Below, piece after piece: positions 10,689 through 20,488 of a stretch of 64,000 nt of DNA. Source of the DNA: Pseudomonadota bacterium (GTDB taxonomy: Bacteria; Campylobacterota; Campylobacteria; Campylobacterales; Sulfurimonadaceae); assembly GCA_043797085.1 (NCBI GenBank), contig JAZDQA010000013.1, positions 32,001 through 96,000 on the forward strand, given 5' to 3'. Positions within the stretch are counted from its first letter, which is position 1, and every line of letters starts with the position of its first letter. Made by a program: the position numbers and the translations under genes. The notes below the pieces were generated by a model. That model did no database searches. It had not been told where the DNA came from and saw only the letters and a list, made by a program, of their open reading frames with translations.

Positions 10689-11495
10689 ATGAGATTCAAA
10701 GCGATGTTCAAACATCTAAAGACATTTTTCTTCTTGATGTTTGATCGTGATATTACGGTGTATGCGTCAAGTCTTAGTTTTTACACGATTTTTACCCTTG
10801 TTCCCTTGCTTATCATTTCCCTCAGCCTTATTGCTAATGTTCCTGTATTTAGTGCTCAATATGCATCAATACAGGTATTTTTATTCGATAACATTATGCC
10901 GGTTCAGACCGAAGCGATTGCCGGATACTTGGAATCATTCTTTAAAAACTCTGTGCAACTTGGAATTATTGGGTTTTCAACAATGATTATCTCTTCAATG
11001 CTCTTTTTTCAAAATTTCGAACACATTGTCGAGAAAATTTTTCACTCTCCGCAACGTGGTATTTGGGAAGCAATCACTACTTATTGGACCCTCATTACCC
11101 TCACTCCTATCGTTTTGATTGCTTCCATGAGTCTTAAAGCCTATTTGGAGGCGAACATCGCAGGCTTTGCCCTAAACGCTCTCTCTATTTTTCCTTTTTT
11201 ATTGCTCTGGGGAATTTTCTTTCTTATCTATAAAATAGCTGTTAATGCAGATATCTCACCAAAAGCTGCCGCCATCAGCTCTTTTATCGTCGCATTGGTT
11301 TGGGGATTAGCAAAAAACAGCTTTGTCCAATACGTTTTTTACAACAAAACCTATGCCACCATGTATGGCTCACTTTCCGCTCTTATCTTTTTCTTTTTAT
11401 GGATTTACGTTTCATGGATTATCGTCATTTACGGGATGAAGCTATGCTATTTGATAAATCGCAGCGCCAAGCGTTCCGATACCCAAAATACCTAA
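10689..11495 (+). CDS. YihY/BrkB family inner membrane protein
   Basis: ASSLSFYTIFTLVP, YGSL..L..F.LWIY.SW. Confidence 0.9.
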   Translation: MRFKAMFKHLKTFFFLMFDRDITVYASSLSFYTIFTLVPLLIISLSLIANVPVFSAQYASIQVFLFDNIMPVQTEAIAGYLESFFKNSVQLGIIGFSTMIISSMLFFQNFEHIVEKIFHSPQRGIWEAITTYWTLITLTPIVLIASMSLKAYLEANIAGFALNALSIFPFLLLWGIFFLIYKIAVNADISPKAAAISSFIVALVWGLAKNSFVQYVFYNKTYATMYGSLSALIFFFLWIYVSWIIVIYGMKLCYLINRSAKRSDTQNT

Positions 11496-12704
11496 CGCCA
11501 AAAATGCCGCCTTCTGGCGCATCGCTATTAACGCTATAAAAATACTCGCATACCCAATCCACACCGGAATCACTATTTTATGAACGTCCCCAGCACCAAA
11601 TAACGCTATCAAATACGGATCGAAAAAATCTCCCCATGGTGTAAGATGCAGTACTAAAACAGCAGGGTAATAGAGATTAAAAAGAAGCGCAAGCGGAATC
11701 GAACCCATATGCCACCATCCGAACGTCCCAAAAATCGCCAATGAAATGGGCAGCATTACCAGATAACACCAAATGTGTAATGCCAAAAAGATTTGCCATG
11801 GCTTCCACTCTTCGTAGTAGCGGACAAAAATAAAAATAGAGAGAACGCCGAAGCTTGAAAACCAAAAACCAAGTGAGAAAAAAAGTTTTGGAAAAAATGC
11901 CAGTAATATTCCTACGGTAATAAATAACGTCTGCATCGACACGATCTTCATCCCGCGATCATAAAGCCAATATCCCACAACAATCATCCCAAAAGATCGT
12001 ACCATCGGAGGAATAAACTCCAATGCCCACAAATAGTAAAATAACAATCCAAGCACCACAAGAAAAAGATCACGATTGCCGTGACGATAAGGAAAATAAC
12101 GATTATGAAGCCATCGATACGGCGGACGAAGGAGAAAATATGCGATAATACTCAAAATTCCAAAATGATACCCGCTAATCGAGAGAATGTGACTCAACCC
12201 CATTGCCCCAACCAAGGTCTGAAATTCTTGACTCATTGGAGTAGCCACAAACAACGCACCATAGAGTTCTTGCATCATTTTATCCGTATGCATAGCTGCA
12301 ATATGTCTATACCATTGCTCTTTGAGACTAAGCAGTGGATACACCTCAACGATGGATGCGCGGACATTAAAACGACTGAGGTAATCCAAAAAAGTAACAT
12401 TTTTAACTTGAAGCTCAACCAACACTTCACGCCCGCGTAAATCACGTAAATAAGGGCTCATAATGCATCGGCACAATGATCCATTCTCCAACTGTAACTT
12501 CATCGATGTTTTCGGTTGATCGGAAATTAGACGAACCTCTTGATCGATTACTTCTGCACGTATCAGAGGATCATCGAAATGTTTTAGTTGCGAGTAGTTG
12601 TGATATTCATACGTGAGGGAAAGTGAAGCAATAAAGAGGAGAAGAAGAACAAAAAGTGAACCGCTTTTAAGATCGAAAAGATCAATGCGTTCAAGTTTTG
12701 ACAT
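11442..12704 (-). CDS. comEC: ComEC/Rec2 competence channel protein (short form without the beta-lactamase-like domain)
   Basis: GLSHILSISGYH competence-domain motif, SLGFWFS, multiple TM helices. Confidence 0.9.
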   Translation of the reverse strand: MSKLERIDLFDLKSGSLFVLLLLFIASLSLTYEYHNYSQLKHFDDPLIRAEVIDQEVRLISDQPKTSMKLQLENGSLCRCIMSPYLRDLRGREVLVELQVKNVTFLDYLSRFNVRASIVEVYPLLSLKEQWYRHIAAMHTDKMMQELYGALFVATPMSQEFQTLVGAMGLSHILSISGYHFGILSIIAYFLLRPPYRWLHNRYFPYRHGNRDLFLVVLGLLFYYLWALEFIPPMVRSFGMIVVGYWLYDRGMKIVSMQTLFITVGILLAFFPKLFFSLGFWFSSFGVLSIFIFVRYYEEWKPWQIFLALHIWCYLVMLPISLAIFGTFGWWHMGSIPLALLFNLYYPAVLVLHLTPWGDFFDPYLIALFGAGDVHKIVIPVWIGYASIFIALIAMRQKAAFLALGILGIGTLGAAIYQIA

Positions 12705-14167
12705 TAGATTATCGGCATCGAAACATTTCCTGAGCTCATACTATCATCCATATTCATGTTGGCACTTTTCATATCAATACTTTCATACACTATTTGTGCT
12801 GCACCAAATGTCGGTTTATCCACAAAGCGGGTGAATTTTTTCTGAAAGACCAGTTTAATATGCCCCGTCGGACCATTACGCTGTTTCCCGATAATAATTT
12901 CTGCTTCCTCTTCTTCTTTTTCGGTGTATTTGGAAATAAATTCTTTCCCGGCAGAAATCGCCTCTTTTTCCCGCTCTTTTTCCTCTTTATAGAGATACAC
13001 ATCATTGCGATAAACGAAGAGAATGATGTCCGCATCCTGCTCAATAGAACCCGATTCACGAATATCACTGAGCATCGGACGTTTATCCGAACGCGATTCG
13101 AGACTACGGTTGAGCTGAGAAAGGGCGACAATAGGGATTTCAAGCTCACGGGCAAGCATCTTGAGTCCCCGTGAGATTTCACTGACCTCTAAGTGACGAT
13201 CTTTTCCCCCCGTACCGTTCATGATTTGGAGATAGTCGATGACGGCGAGTTCAATCTCTGGATGACGGCTTTTGAGCTTACGTAATTTCGAGCGAAGCTG
13301 ATGGATATTGACCGAACCATGATCGTCTACAAAAAGCTTAGAATGGCGCATCTTGTCCACCGCATCATTAAGACGTTTATACTCTTCAGGAGTCATATCT
13401 CCTACGCGGAGGCGTTGAAGCTGTATCGAGGTCTGCACACTCAAAAGTCTGAGCATCAACTGTTCAGCAGGCATTTCCAGAGAGAAAAATGCTACCCCTT
13501 TCCCTTTTTCGAGAAGATTTTGAACCATGTTAAGAGCGAAAGACGTTTTCCCCATCGCAGGACGCGCTGCAACGATGACCAAATCCCCTTTGCCAAATCC
13601 GGTTGTCATTTTGTTGAGTTCCGCATATCCGGTATCGACACCGACCAAAATCGCATCACCCCGCTCACGCATCTCTTCGATGTACGCCATCGTATCATCG
13701 GTAATTTTCGGAGCGTCTTTAAAATCAATGGATTGGGAATTTTGAGTAATTTCATAAAGCTTTTTTTCGACCAAATCAACAACATCATTGCCGTTTAGAT
13801 TCTCTTCGAGCGTTACCCGTTTGATTTCTGTGGTTAGGGTGAGAAGATGACGTTTAATCGCCTTATCTTTGATCTCTTGAACGTACGCCGTGGTATTGGA
13901 AATTGGATTGGCGGTGAGAATTTCCACCAACACCCGCTCATCAAATTTTTGCTTCCCACTGAGTTCTTTTTTAATAAACTCTTCATCGATAGGAAGATCA
14001 CGATGGGCAAGAGAGAGCATAGCGCGGTAAATCTCTTGGTGCGCCGCAAGATAAAAATCTTCAGCATTAAGCACCGCTTCAAACTCATCAAACTGGGCAG
14101 GATCAAAAATAATGGAACTTAAAACAGAGCGCTCGAAAGCTAAATTATATAATGATTCTTCCATCAA
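12704..14167 (-). CDS. dnaB: Replicative DNA helicase
   Basis: [37 protein letters not shown]; no intein. Confidence 0.98.
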   Translation of the reverse strand: MMEESLYNLAFERSVLSSIIFDPAQFDEFEAVLNAEDFYLAAHQEIYRAMLSLAHRDLPIDEEFIKKELSGKQKFDERVLVEILTANPISNTTAYVQEIKDKAIKRHLLTLTTEIKRVTLEENLNGNDVVDLVEKKLYEITQNSQSIDFKDAPKITDDTMAYIEEMRERGDAILVGVDTGYAELNKMTTGFGKGDLVIVAARPAMGKTSFALNMVQNLLEKGKGVAFFSLEMPAEQLMLRLLSVQTSIQLQRLRVGDMTPEEYKRLNDAVDKMRHSKLFVDDHGSVNIHQLRSKLRKLKSRHPEIELAVIDYLQIMNGTGGKDRHLEVSEISRGLKMLARELEIPIVALSQLNRSLESRSDKRPMLSDIRESGSIEQDADIILFVYRNDVYLYKEEKEREKEAISAGKEFISKYTEKEEEEAEIIIGKQRNGPTGHIKLVFQKKFTRFVDKPTFGAAQIVYESIDMKSANMNMDDSMSSGNVSMPII

Positions 14168-15225
14168 TCTTCCTGTGCTTCCATTTTTTCTACTTCTTCG
14201 ATAAACCTATCGACAAGCTTTTCTTCATCCAACCGTGCGACGACTTCACCCTTGACCATTACCAGCCCTGAGCCTTTACCATACGCGATTGCAACATCAG
14301 CATGCTTGGCTTCTCCGATAGCATTAACGACACACCCCATCACCGAAATATCCAACGGTTTTTTGATGTGTTTCGTCCGCTCTTCGATTACTGCAACTGC
14401 GCTGACCAAATCCGCTTCAATCCGTCCGCACGTAGGACATGAGATGATATTAACACCTTCACGTGCCACACCGCTGTCTTTTAAAATCGCACGTCCCACC
14501 TTGATCTCTTCTTCAAGCTCACCCGTAATCGAAACGCGCATCGTGTCACCGATACCATCGAGGAGTAATGCCCCAAGCCCGATAGCACTTTTAATCGTCG
14601 CATGAAAAATCGTTCCAGCCTCCGTCACACCCAAATGAAACGGATAGTTGTTTTTCGGACGTAACAACCGATACGCTTCTACGGTACGCTGAACATCACT
14701 CGCTTTGAGTGAAACTTTGATGTCGGTAAAGCCTAAATCTTCGAGAAATTTGATGTTATATTCCGCCGAGGCTACCATCCCCTCTGCCGTTTGACCATAA
14801 CGCTGCTCGAACTCTTTTTCCAAACTCCCCGCATTTACACCGATGCGTATAGGAATATGACGCTCTCCACACGCTTTGACAATCTCACGAATACGCGATT
14901 TTTCACCGATATTTCCAGGATTAAAGCGGATACAATCAACGACTTCAGCTGCGATAAGTGCTAGTTTATAATTAAAATGGATATCGGCTACGAGAGGGAG
15001 AGAAATTTGTTCTTTTATCGCTTTAAGAGCACGTGCATCCTCTTCATCAGGAACCGCCACACGAACGATGTCACATCCGGCAAAATGAAGGCGATTGATC
15101 TGCTCAACCGTGCTTGCCACATCCGACGTACGCGAATAGGTCATTGATTGTACTGAAATCGGAGCATCACCACCGATGGCAACATTTCCGACGTAAATTT
15201 TTTTGGTAGGGTATCGTGTAATCAT
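14164..15225 (-). CDS. ispG: HMBPP synthase IspG
   Basis: [35 protein letters not shown]. Confidence 0.98.
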   Translation of the reverse strand: MITRYPTKKIYVGNVAIGGDAPISVQSMTYSRTSDVASTVEQINRLHFAGCDIVRVAVPDEEDARALKAIKEQISLPLVADIHFNYKLALIAAEVVDCIRFNPGNIGEKSRIREIVKACGERHIPIRIGVNAGSLEKEFEQRYGQTAEGMVASAEYNIKFLEDLGFTDIKVSLKASDVQRTVEAYRLLRPKNNYPFHLGVTEAGTIFHATIKSAIGLGALLLDGIGDTMRVSITGELEEEIKVGRAILKDSGVAREGVNIISCPTCGRIEADLVSAVAVIEERTKHIKKPLDISVMGCVVNAIGEAKHADVAIAYGKGSGLVMVKGEVVARLDEEKLVDRFIEEVEKMEAQED

Positions 15226-15256
15226 GGTGAAGATTGTAGCTTGTTGGATGTTAATT

Positions 15257-17158
15257 TTACGTAAACTCTATGGGGTCCATATCGATTTCACATAAGGGTG
15301 ATTTGATGAACTTAATCGAACGGATAAGCTCCGTGCTTTTATCACTGCGAAGCAAGATTTGAAATCGATATTTGTCCGCAATTTTTTCAATGGGAGAAGC
15401 CCCAAAACCTACAATCTCGATGGTGGGCACTGTTTTCAAAATCTCGACCACTTTTTCCATTTCACTTTTTGCTTTTATTCCATTTTTATGGGCGAACAAC
15501 AATCGTGCTAATTTCTTGTGCGGAGGATACCGCCCTTCTCGGATTTTAAGCTCATCTTTTAAAAACATCTCATAATCATCCAAATATTGAGAAAAAAATG
15601 ACTCGTTAAAACTTTGTACAATAACAGTAGAGTCATTCTTTCTCCCGCTGCGTCCTGCGATTTGGACAAGGAGTGACAATGCTTTTTCCCTCGAGCGATA
15701 ATCGGCTTGTCCCAACAAATTATCAATCCCCATTACAACTGCCAGTGCAATATCATGATAATCATGCCCTTTTGAGAGCATCTGCGTCCCTACGAGCAGA
15801 TCTATCTCACGATTATTAAACGCTTTGAGCACTTTGGTGAGTTTGTTTTGCGTTGTAATCACATCACGATCAAACTGCTGTATTTTCAGCTCACCCAAAT
15901 TTTTCTCAAAATGCTCCACCGCTTCCGCCGTCCCCAACCGTGTCGTACTTAAATGACCGCTTTGGCATTTTGGACATACTCGTGGCAATACTTCCGTATA
16001 GTTACAATAATGGCATTTCAAGGCACGTGCATTACGGTGCAAAGACATCCCGACACTGCAAAACGGACATTCGATCACATACCCGCAACCATCACACACC
16101 ATCGTTTTAAAATTCGCACGCGTAGGGATAAAAACAATCCCCTGATGACCTGCCGTAAAATTTGAAACAATATGTTCATCCAAAAATAGAGTCAATGCCT
16201 CGATGGAGGGCTCATAAACAAAAGAACGCTTGGAAGTATAATAACCACCGCGTAAACGATAAAAAGGATATTTAGCGTAACTGCCCAAACTCGGCGTTGC
16301 ACTCCCTAACACTACAGGAATTTTTAGATTTGACCCTATGTAAATCGCCATATCTCGTGCATTGTAACGGGGACGTGAGGAAGATTTATAACTCTCATCA
16401 TGCTCTTCATCCACCACGATCAATCCTAAATCAACAATAGGTAAAAACAAAGCTGACCGTGGACCTGCGATAATTTTAGCTGAACCGTCATGGATTTTTT
16501 CCAACGTCACCTTTTTTTGTTTTGGGGTCATTTTAGAGTGCCAAAGCACAAACGACTCTCCGAAATGGTGCTTAAAACGCAGTTCCATTTGAGGAGTGAG
16601 GGAGATTTCAGGGAGAAGTAATAAAGCTCTTTTTCCTTCATTTAACACTTCATCCATACGTTTCATATAGATTTCGCTTTTACCGGCACCTGTGTCACCG
16701 AAAAGTAGAGAGACAGGATGAGAACGGATGAAATTGAGGGCTTTAGTTTGCAATTCTGAGAGGGTGATGTTAACAAAATTATAAGAGCACGTAAGCGTGC
16801 GTGGGCACTCTGCCGAAGAGAACTCAGCGTTAGCGTAGGCGAGCAGGACTTGTTCTGTCGCCGTATTAATATAATGAAACGGCACAAACAAATTCAATGC
16901 CTCCCCAACCGAACACCCATAATACTCTGCCATAAACTGAGCCGTTTTGATTTGAGATTCAGAATAAACAAACGGTAAAATTTCCAAAATAGAATTGGTT
17001 TTAAACTCAGGTTTTTCTACTTCTGAAAGGACAACAGCTTCTGTTTCTCGATTGCTAAGAGTAAGAGAAACTTTCAGACCAATTGGGAGAGAAATATCAG
17101 AATGATAGGTAAGAGGTTCAAGAGGAGAGCCCAAAAGGGCTAAGGAATAATAATACAC
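15257..17158 (-). CDS. priA: Primosomal protein N' (PriA) carrying an in-frame palindromic insert
   Basis: [21 protein letters not shown], four CxxC pairs, [16 protein letters not shown]. Confidence 0.96.
   Translation of the reverse strand: MYYYSLALLGSPLEPLTYHSDISLPIGLKVSLTLSNRETEAVVLSEVEKPEFKTNSILEILPFVYSESQIKTAQFMAEYYGCSVGEALNLFVPFHYINTATEQVLLAYANAEFSSAECPRTLTCSYNFVNITLSELQTKALNFIRSHPVSLLFGDTGAGKSEIYMKRMDEVLNEGKRALLLLPEISLTPQMELRFKHHFGESFVLWHSKMTPKQKKVTLEKIHDGSAKIIAGPRSALFLPIVDLGLIVVDEEHDESYKSSSRPRYNARDMAIYIGSNLKIPVVLGSATPSLGSYAKYPFYRLRGGYYTSKRSFVYEPSIEALTLFLDEHIVSNFTAGHQGIVFIPTRANFKTMVCDGCGYVIECPFCSVGMSLHRNARALKCHYCNYTEVLPRVCPKCQSGHLSTTRLGTAEAVEHFEKNLGELKIQQFDRDVITTQNKLTKVLKAFNNREIDLLVGTQMLSKGHDYHDIALAVVMGIDNLLGQADYRSREKALSLLVQIAGRSGRKNDSTVIVQSFNESFFSQYLDDYEMFLKDELKIREGRYPPHKKLARLLFAHKNGIKAKSEMEKVVEILKTVPTIEIVGFGASPIEKIADKYRFQILLRSDKSTELIRSIKFIKSPLCEIDMDPIEFT
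16787..16864 (-). repeat. GTAG-tagged palindromic repeat, copy B (inside priA, in frame)
   Basis: Minus strand ACGGCGAcagaacaagtcctgcTCGCC-TACGCTAACGCT-gagttctcttcggcagag...GCACGcttaCGTGC; 78 bp = PriA residues 99-124. Confidence 0.85.
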
Positions 17159-17169
17159 TTTCTTTATAA

Positions 17170-17661
17170 TTAGTTAATCAATAATTTACATTGAGTCCCA
17201 TAAGTACCATCTGTAGTATCACATGTAAATCTACCAGTAGCAGGAGTATAGGTAAATGTAGTATTAACATTATTGATTTTATAGATATATGTCCAACCAG
17301 CTGTCGCACTACCCCCTACGGAGTTGTCCCATTTTCCATTTGTATCATCTTGGGTAGTAATACCATATTGTAACAACGTCCCATTCGTAGCATTAGTATC
17401 ATTATCATCAAATAGAACAGTGGTTGTACCACTAACATTTAATCGACTAATATAATTCGACTGACCTTGCATCAAACGCCCCTGACGCTCACTGATAATC
17501 GCTGCACGAATTGCTGAAATATCACTGCGGCCTTTGGCTATTTGCGCATCGTCACGAGTCGATGAAAGTTTTGGAATCGCTATTGCTGCTAGAATTCCTA
17601 ATACTACGATGACAAAGACAAGTTCGATCATTGTGAACGCTTTTCGTTTATAATACGACAT
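17170..17661 (-). CDS. Type IV pilin / pseudopilin-like protein (minor)
   Basis: Class III signal KRKA|FTMIELVFVIVVLGILAAIAIP; C-terminal Cys pair. Confidence 0.9.
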   Translation of the reverse strand: MSYYKRKAFTMIELVFVIVVLGILAAIAIPKLSSTRDDAQIAKGRSDISAIRAAIISERQGRLMQGQSNYISRLNVSGTTTVLFDDNDTNATNGTLLQYGITTQDDTNGKWDNSVGGSATAGWTYIYKINNVNTTFTYTPATGRFTCDTTDGTYGTQCKLLIN

Positions 17662-18106
17662 TTGTGCCTCTTAAAATCATAGGATAGATGGATGTATCAA
17701 TCAATTGCTGTAATTTTAAACACTCGCTATCACTACCAGCAGACCCTTGTGTAATAGTGAGGGTATCGGTACCGCCAACGGTCACTATTTGAATACTTAT
17801 ACAGCTCGAAATAGCCCCAAATGGAACGGTCACTTTATGCAAACTCGAATCATTGGTCGCACTTGCTGTCTCCACGAGTGCTTTCATACCATTCGACATT
17901 TGAGTCAAATCGCCGAGTACAGTTCCATTAGCCGTCGCATATGCCGCAATTTCACTCGCACCACTCGTAATATTTTGTGCTGTCCCACTAGCTACTGCAT
18001 CATCACGCGTTGCAGCCAATCTTGGTATTGCGACAGCAGCCAAAATACCTAAAATAACAATGACAAAAACCAACTCAATCATTGTAAAAGCAGTTCGTTT
18101 CATCAT
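17648..18106 (-). CDS. Type IV pilin / pseudopilin-like protein (minor)
   Basis: KRTA|FTMIELVFVIVILGILAAVAIP; Cys pair. Confidence 0.9.
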   Translation of the reverse strand: MMKRTAFTMIELVFVIVILGILAAVAIPRLAATRDDAVASGTAQNITSGASEIAAYATANGTVLGDLTQMSNGMKALVETASATNDSSLHKVTVPFGAISSCISIQIVTVGGTDTLTITQGSAGSDSECLKLQQLIDTSIYPMILRGTNVVL

Positions 18107-18176
18107 TTCATCCTATTGCGCTGAATTTTACGATTGAGCTACAATCACCAAAAATCAATTCAAGAGTTAACTATGC

Positions 18177-18196
18177 TCCCAAGCCAAAACTTGGGA
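18177..18196 (-). terminator. Hairpin downstream of the first pilin gene
   Basis: TCCCAAG-ccaaaa-CTTGGGA stem-loop about 20 bp after the pilin stop. Confidence 0.5.
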
Positions 18197-18216
18197 ACTC
18201 GTAAAATAACAATGAT

Positions 18217-18594
18217 TTAGTACGTTACGCCTGAGCCACCAAAGTTTTTATTTCCGATATTGCCAGCTTTAGACGCAATACTATGAGCTCCAGCACATGC
18301 AGGTACAGCTGTACTTGCAGTGGCAATAGTTACACCACTACCTGATGCTGTCATAGTGAAACAACCATCTGTAGCAAGAGTTACATTGGTTACAGATGCA
18401 GATGAATCAAGAATTCCTTTTGCTGTATAATAAGACCCTACATCACCAATAATTGTTGCCAAATCAGTCGCTGCTTTTGATGCTTTTGCATCATCACGCG
18501 TTGCTGCAAGTTTTGGAATAGCAACTGCCGCCAAAATACCTAGAATAACGATAACAAAGATCAATTCGATCATAGTAAAACCTGAACGTTTCAT
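18217..18594 (-). CDS. Type IV pilin (likely major pilin), Ser/Thr/Ala-rich
   Basis: MKRSG|FTMIELIFVIVILGILAAVAIP, strong AAGGAG SD, Cys pair, followed by a hairpin. Confidence 0.9.
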   Translation of the reverse strand: MKRSGFTMIELIFVIVILGILAAVAIPKLAATRDDAKASKAATDLATIIGDVGSYYTAKGILDSSASVTNVTLATDGCFTMTASGSGVTIATASTAVPACAGAHSIASKAGNIGNKNFGGSGVTY

Positions 18595-18676
18595 GGCTTA
18601 CTCCTTCATAGGTAGAAAAAAGTAGTTACACTCGTAACTCTAGTGATATTATTTATCATAATACATTAAGTATAGC

Positions 18677-20488
18677 TTAAGAATAAGTTTTATAAAGATA
18701 AATCGTCCAGTAACTCTCTTTTGATGTGAATATTTTAAGAAGGATCAAATGACTTTCTTTCTCATTCATAATTTTATATCCTGATAGTAAATATCTACCC
18801 CCCATCTGATAAAAAAGGGGCAAATCCATATAAAAATACTCTATCGCCTCATCTTGGTGGTATTCATCTGCATCGTAGTTTCCTCCTATGAGGTAACATT
18901 TACTTCCCCAATTTTGAATAAAGCGGCGACTATTAGGATTGTGGATAAAGTTTTCCCCTACCAACGCTTCAAACTGATGCTTATAGGAGAGTGGATAATT
19001 CGCGGCATATCCATCGAGGGTATACAATCCATTATACAGTGCCACGGCAGGGGGTATCCCGACACTGGCTACACGGTATGCCGTAGGATTCTCACCAATC
19101 ATCAGTTTAATCTCATCAAAAAGTTTTTCATCGTAAAAACTTTTGTAGGTCAGACCCTTGGGATTTTGAGTGAACTGTGCCGAATCAAAGGCAAAATTTA
19201 ATTGAGCGATGACAACAATGATGACAATCACGATTCCAAACCGTATTTTTTGGATAATAATAACCGATGAATAGGCTACTAAGGCATACCATACAGGGGT
19301 GAGCAACAATACAAATCGTGAAAAATCAAATGTTTGCAAGAGAGGAACATGTTGTGAAAAATTACACCACGGCTCATAATACCAAAAACCATACCATAAA
19401 GAGCTAATAAGTACAAATAGCCATACCCCATAAAGAATCCGATGCTCTTTGAATCGAAATAACAACCAAAGGATAATTCCAAAAGAGAAAGGAAAATAGT
19501 ATTTTGACATCAATACACTTTCCCATAGACCCGCAAAAAGTAATGCAGTATACAAAACGATACTAAAAACTGAAGCTTTCATTGCCAACCGTTGTCGCAG
19601 TAATGCTATGAAAAATCCCAAATGGATGATGGAGAGAAGATAAGGGAATTGAAGATTTAACGAATGAACTTGTCCGAATAAAAGAACATTATGGGCTCCG
19701 CGATATGCACCCCAAAAATCAACATATTGACGCTGAAACTCCGTTCGATGGGAAATAAAATCACTTCCAAAGAGCATTTCATTCACCAGTCGGTATTCAA
19801 TTCCTAAAAAAATGATCGTCATCAACCCCAGTGCCGTAAACAATCGATGATTAATCTTTTTTTGAAAAATCATCTCAGCTAAAAATAAAACCGTAACAGA
19901 GATGAGAAAGAAAAGATAGACCAATACAAAACTGCTAAAAAATGGTATCACGATCAGCATGAGCCAATCTCTCTTCGTGTCCGAATGCACTCGGATTTTC
20001 AACAGTACATAAAGAGATGACGGGAGTAATGCGACACCCAGTCCCGTAGCAGGAAAAAATGGGGTGAGGGCAAATAAAAGTGAGCTTAGATGGGTAATCA
20101 CCGGCTTAAAATCGACCTCTTTATCCCGCAAGAAGTATCGTAAAAAAAGCAGCATACTCACATAAGCAACACAATGGATCAATACTTCGTTCATGAGCAT
20201 GGCGGTAAAAGGTTTAAAAAAGACAAAAAGCCAAAGGAGATAATTGAACTCACTCCCATAAACCAATCGAGGTAAGCCCCCCATCATGTTGGGGATTATC
20301 TCCATCGAACCTGCGAAAATCATCCCACTGTGCGCTAAAATCTTCAAGGAGGGGACGGTAATATCCAGATTATCATGAATACGAATGTAAAGATTCTCGC
20401 CGTACAATAAAAGTGGCAAAAGATACAATACCAGTGTCGCAAAACTGATAAAAAACCAAAATCCGTTACGCTCTATAAGGGTTCTCAT
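18677..20488 (-). CDS. Polytopic membrane protein, DUF6044/YkoS-like putative GT-C glycosyltransferase (paralog 2)
   Basis: Many TM helices plus soluble C-terminal domain; HDNLD, PNMMGGLPRLVYGSEFN, YNGLYTLDGY...YPL.YK motifs shared with the neighbouring paralog. Family assigned from memory of motifs. Confidence 0.75.
   Translation of the reverse strand: MRTLIERNGFWFFISFATLVLYLLPLLLYGENLYIRIHDNLDITVPSLKILAHSGMIFAGSMEIIPNMMGGLPRLVYGSEFNYLLWLFVFFKPFTAMLMNEVLIHCVAYVSMLLFLRYFLRDKEVDFKPVITHLSSLLFALTPFFPATGLGVALLPSSLYVLLKIRVHSDTKRDWLMLIVIPFFSSFVLVYLFFLISVTVLFLAEMIFQKKINHRLFTALGLMTIIFLGIEYRLVNEMLFGSDFISHRTEFQRQYVDFWGAYRGAHNVLLFGQVHSLNLQFPYLLSIIHLGFFIALLRQRLAMKASVFSIVLYTALLFAGLWESVLMSKYYFPFSFGIILWLLFRFKEHRILYGVWLFVLISSLWYGFWYYEPWCNFSQHVPLLQTFDFSRFVLLLTPVWYALVAYSSVIIIQKIRFGIVIVIIVVIAQLNFAFDSAQFTQNPKGLTYKSFYDEKLFDEIKLMIGENPTAYRVASVGIPPAVALYNGLYTLDGYAANYPLSYKHQFEALVGENFIHNPNSRRFIQNWGSKCYLIGGNYDADEYHQDEAIEYFYMDLPLFYQMGGRYLLSGYKIMNEKESHLILLKIFTSKESYWTIYLYKTYS

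Noticed and set aside
12704..14167. Possible intein in DnaB
   Set aside because: Normal length and contiguous motifs; no intein signature
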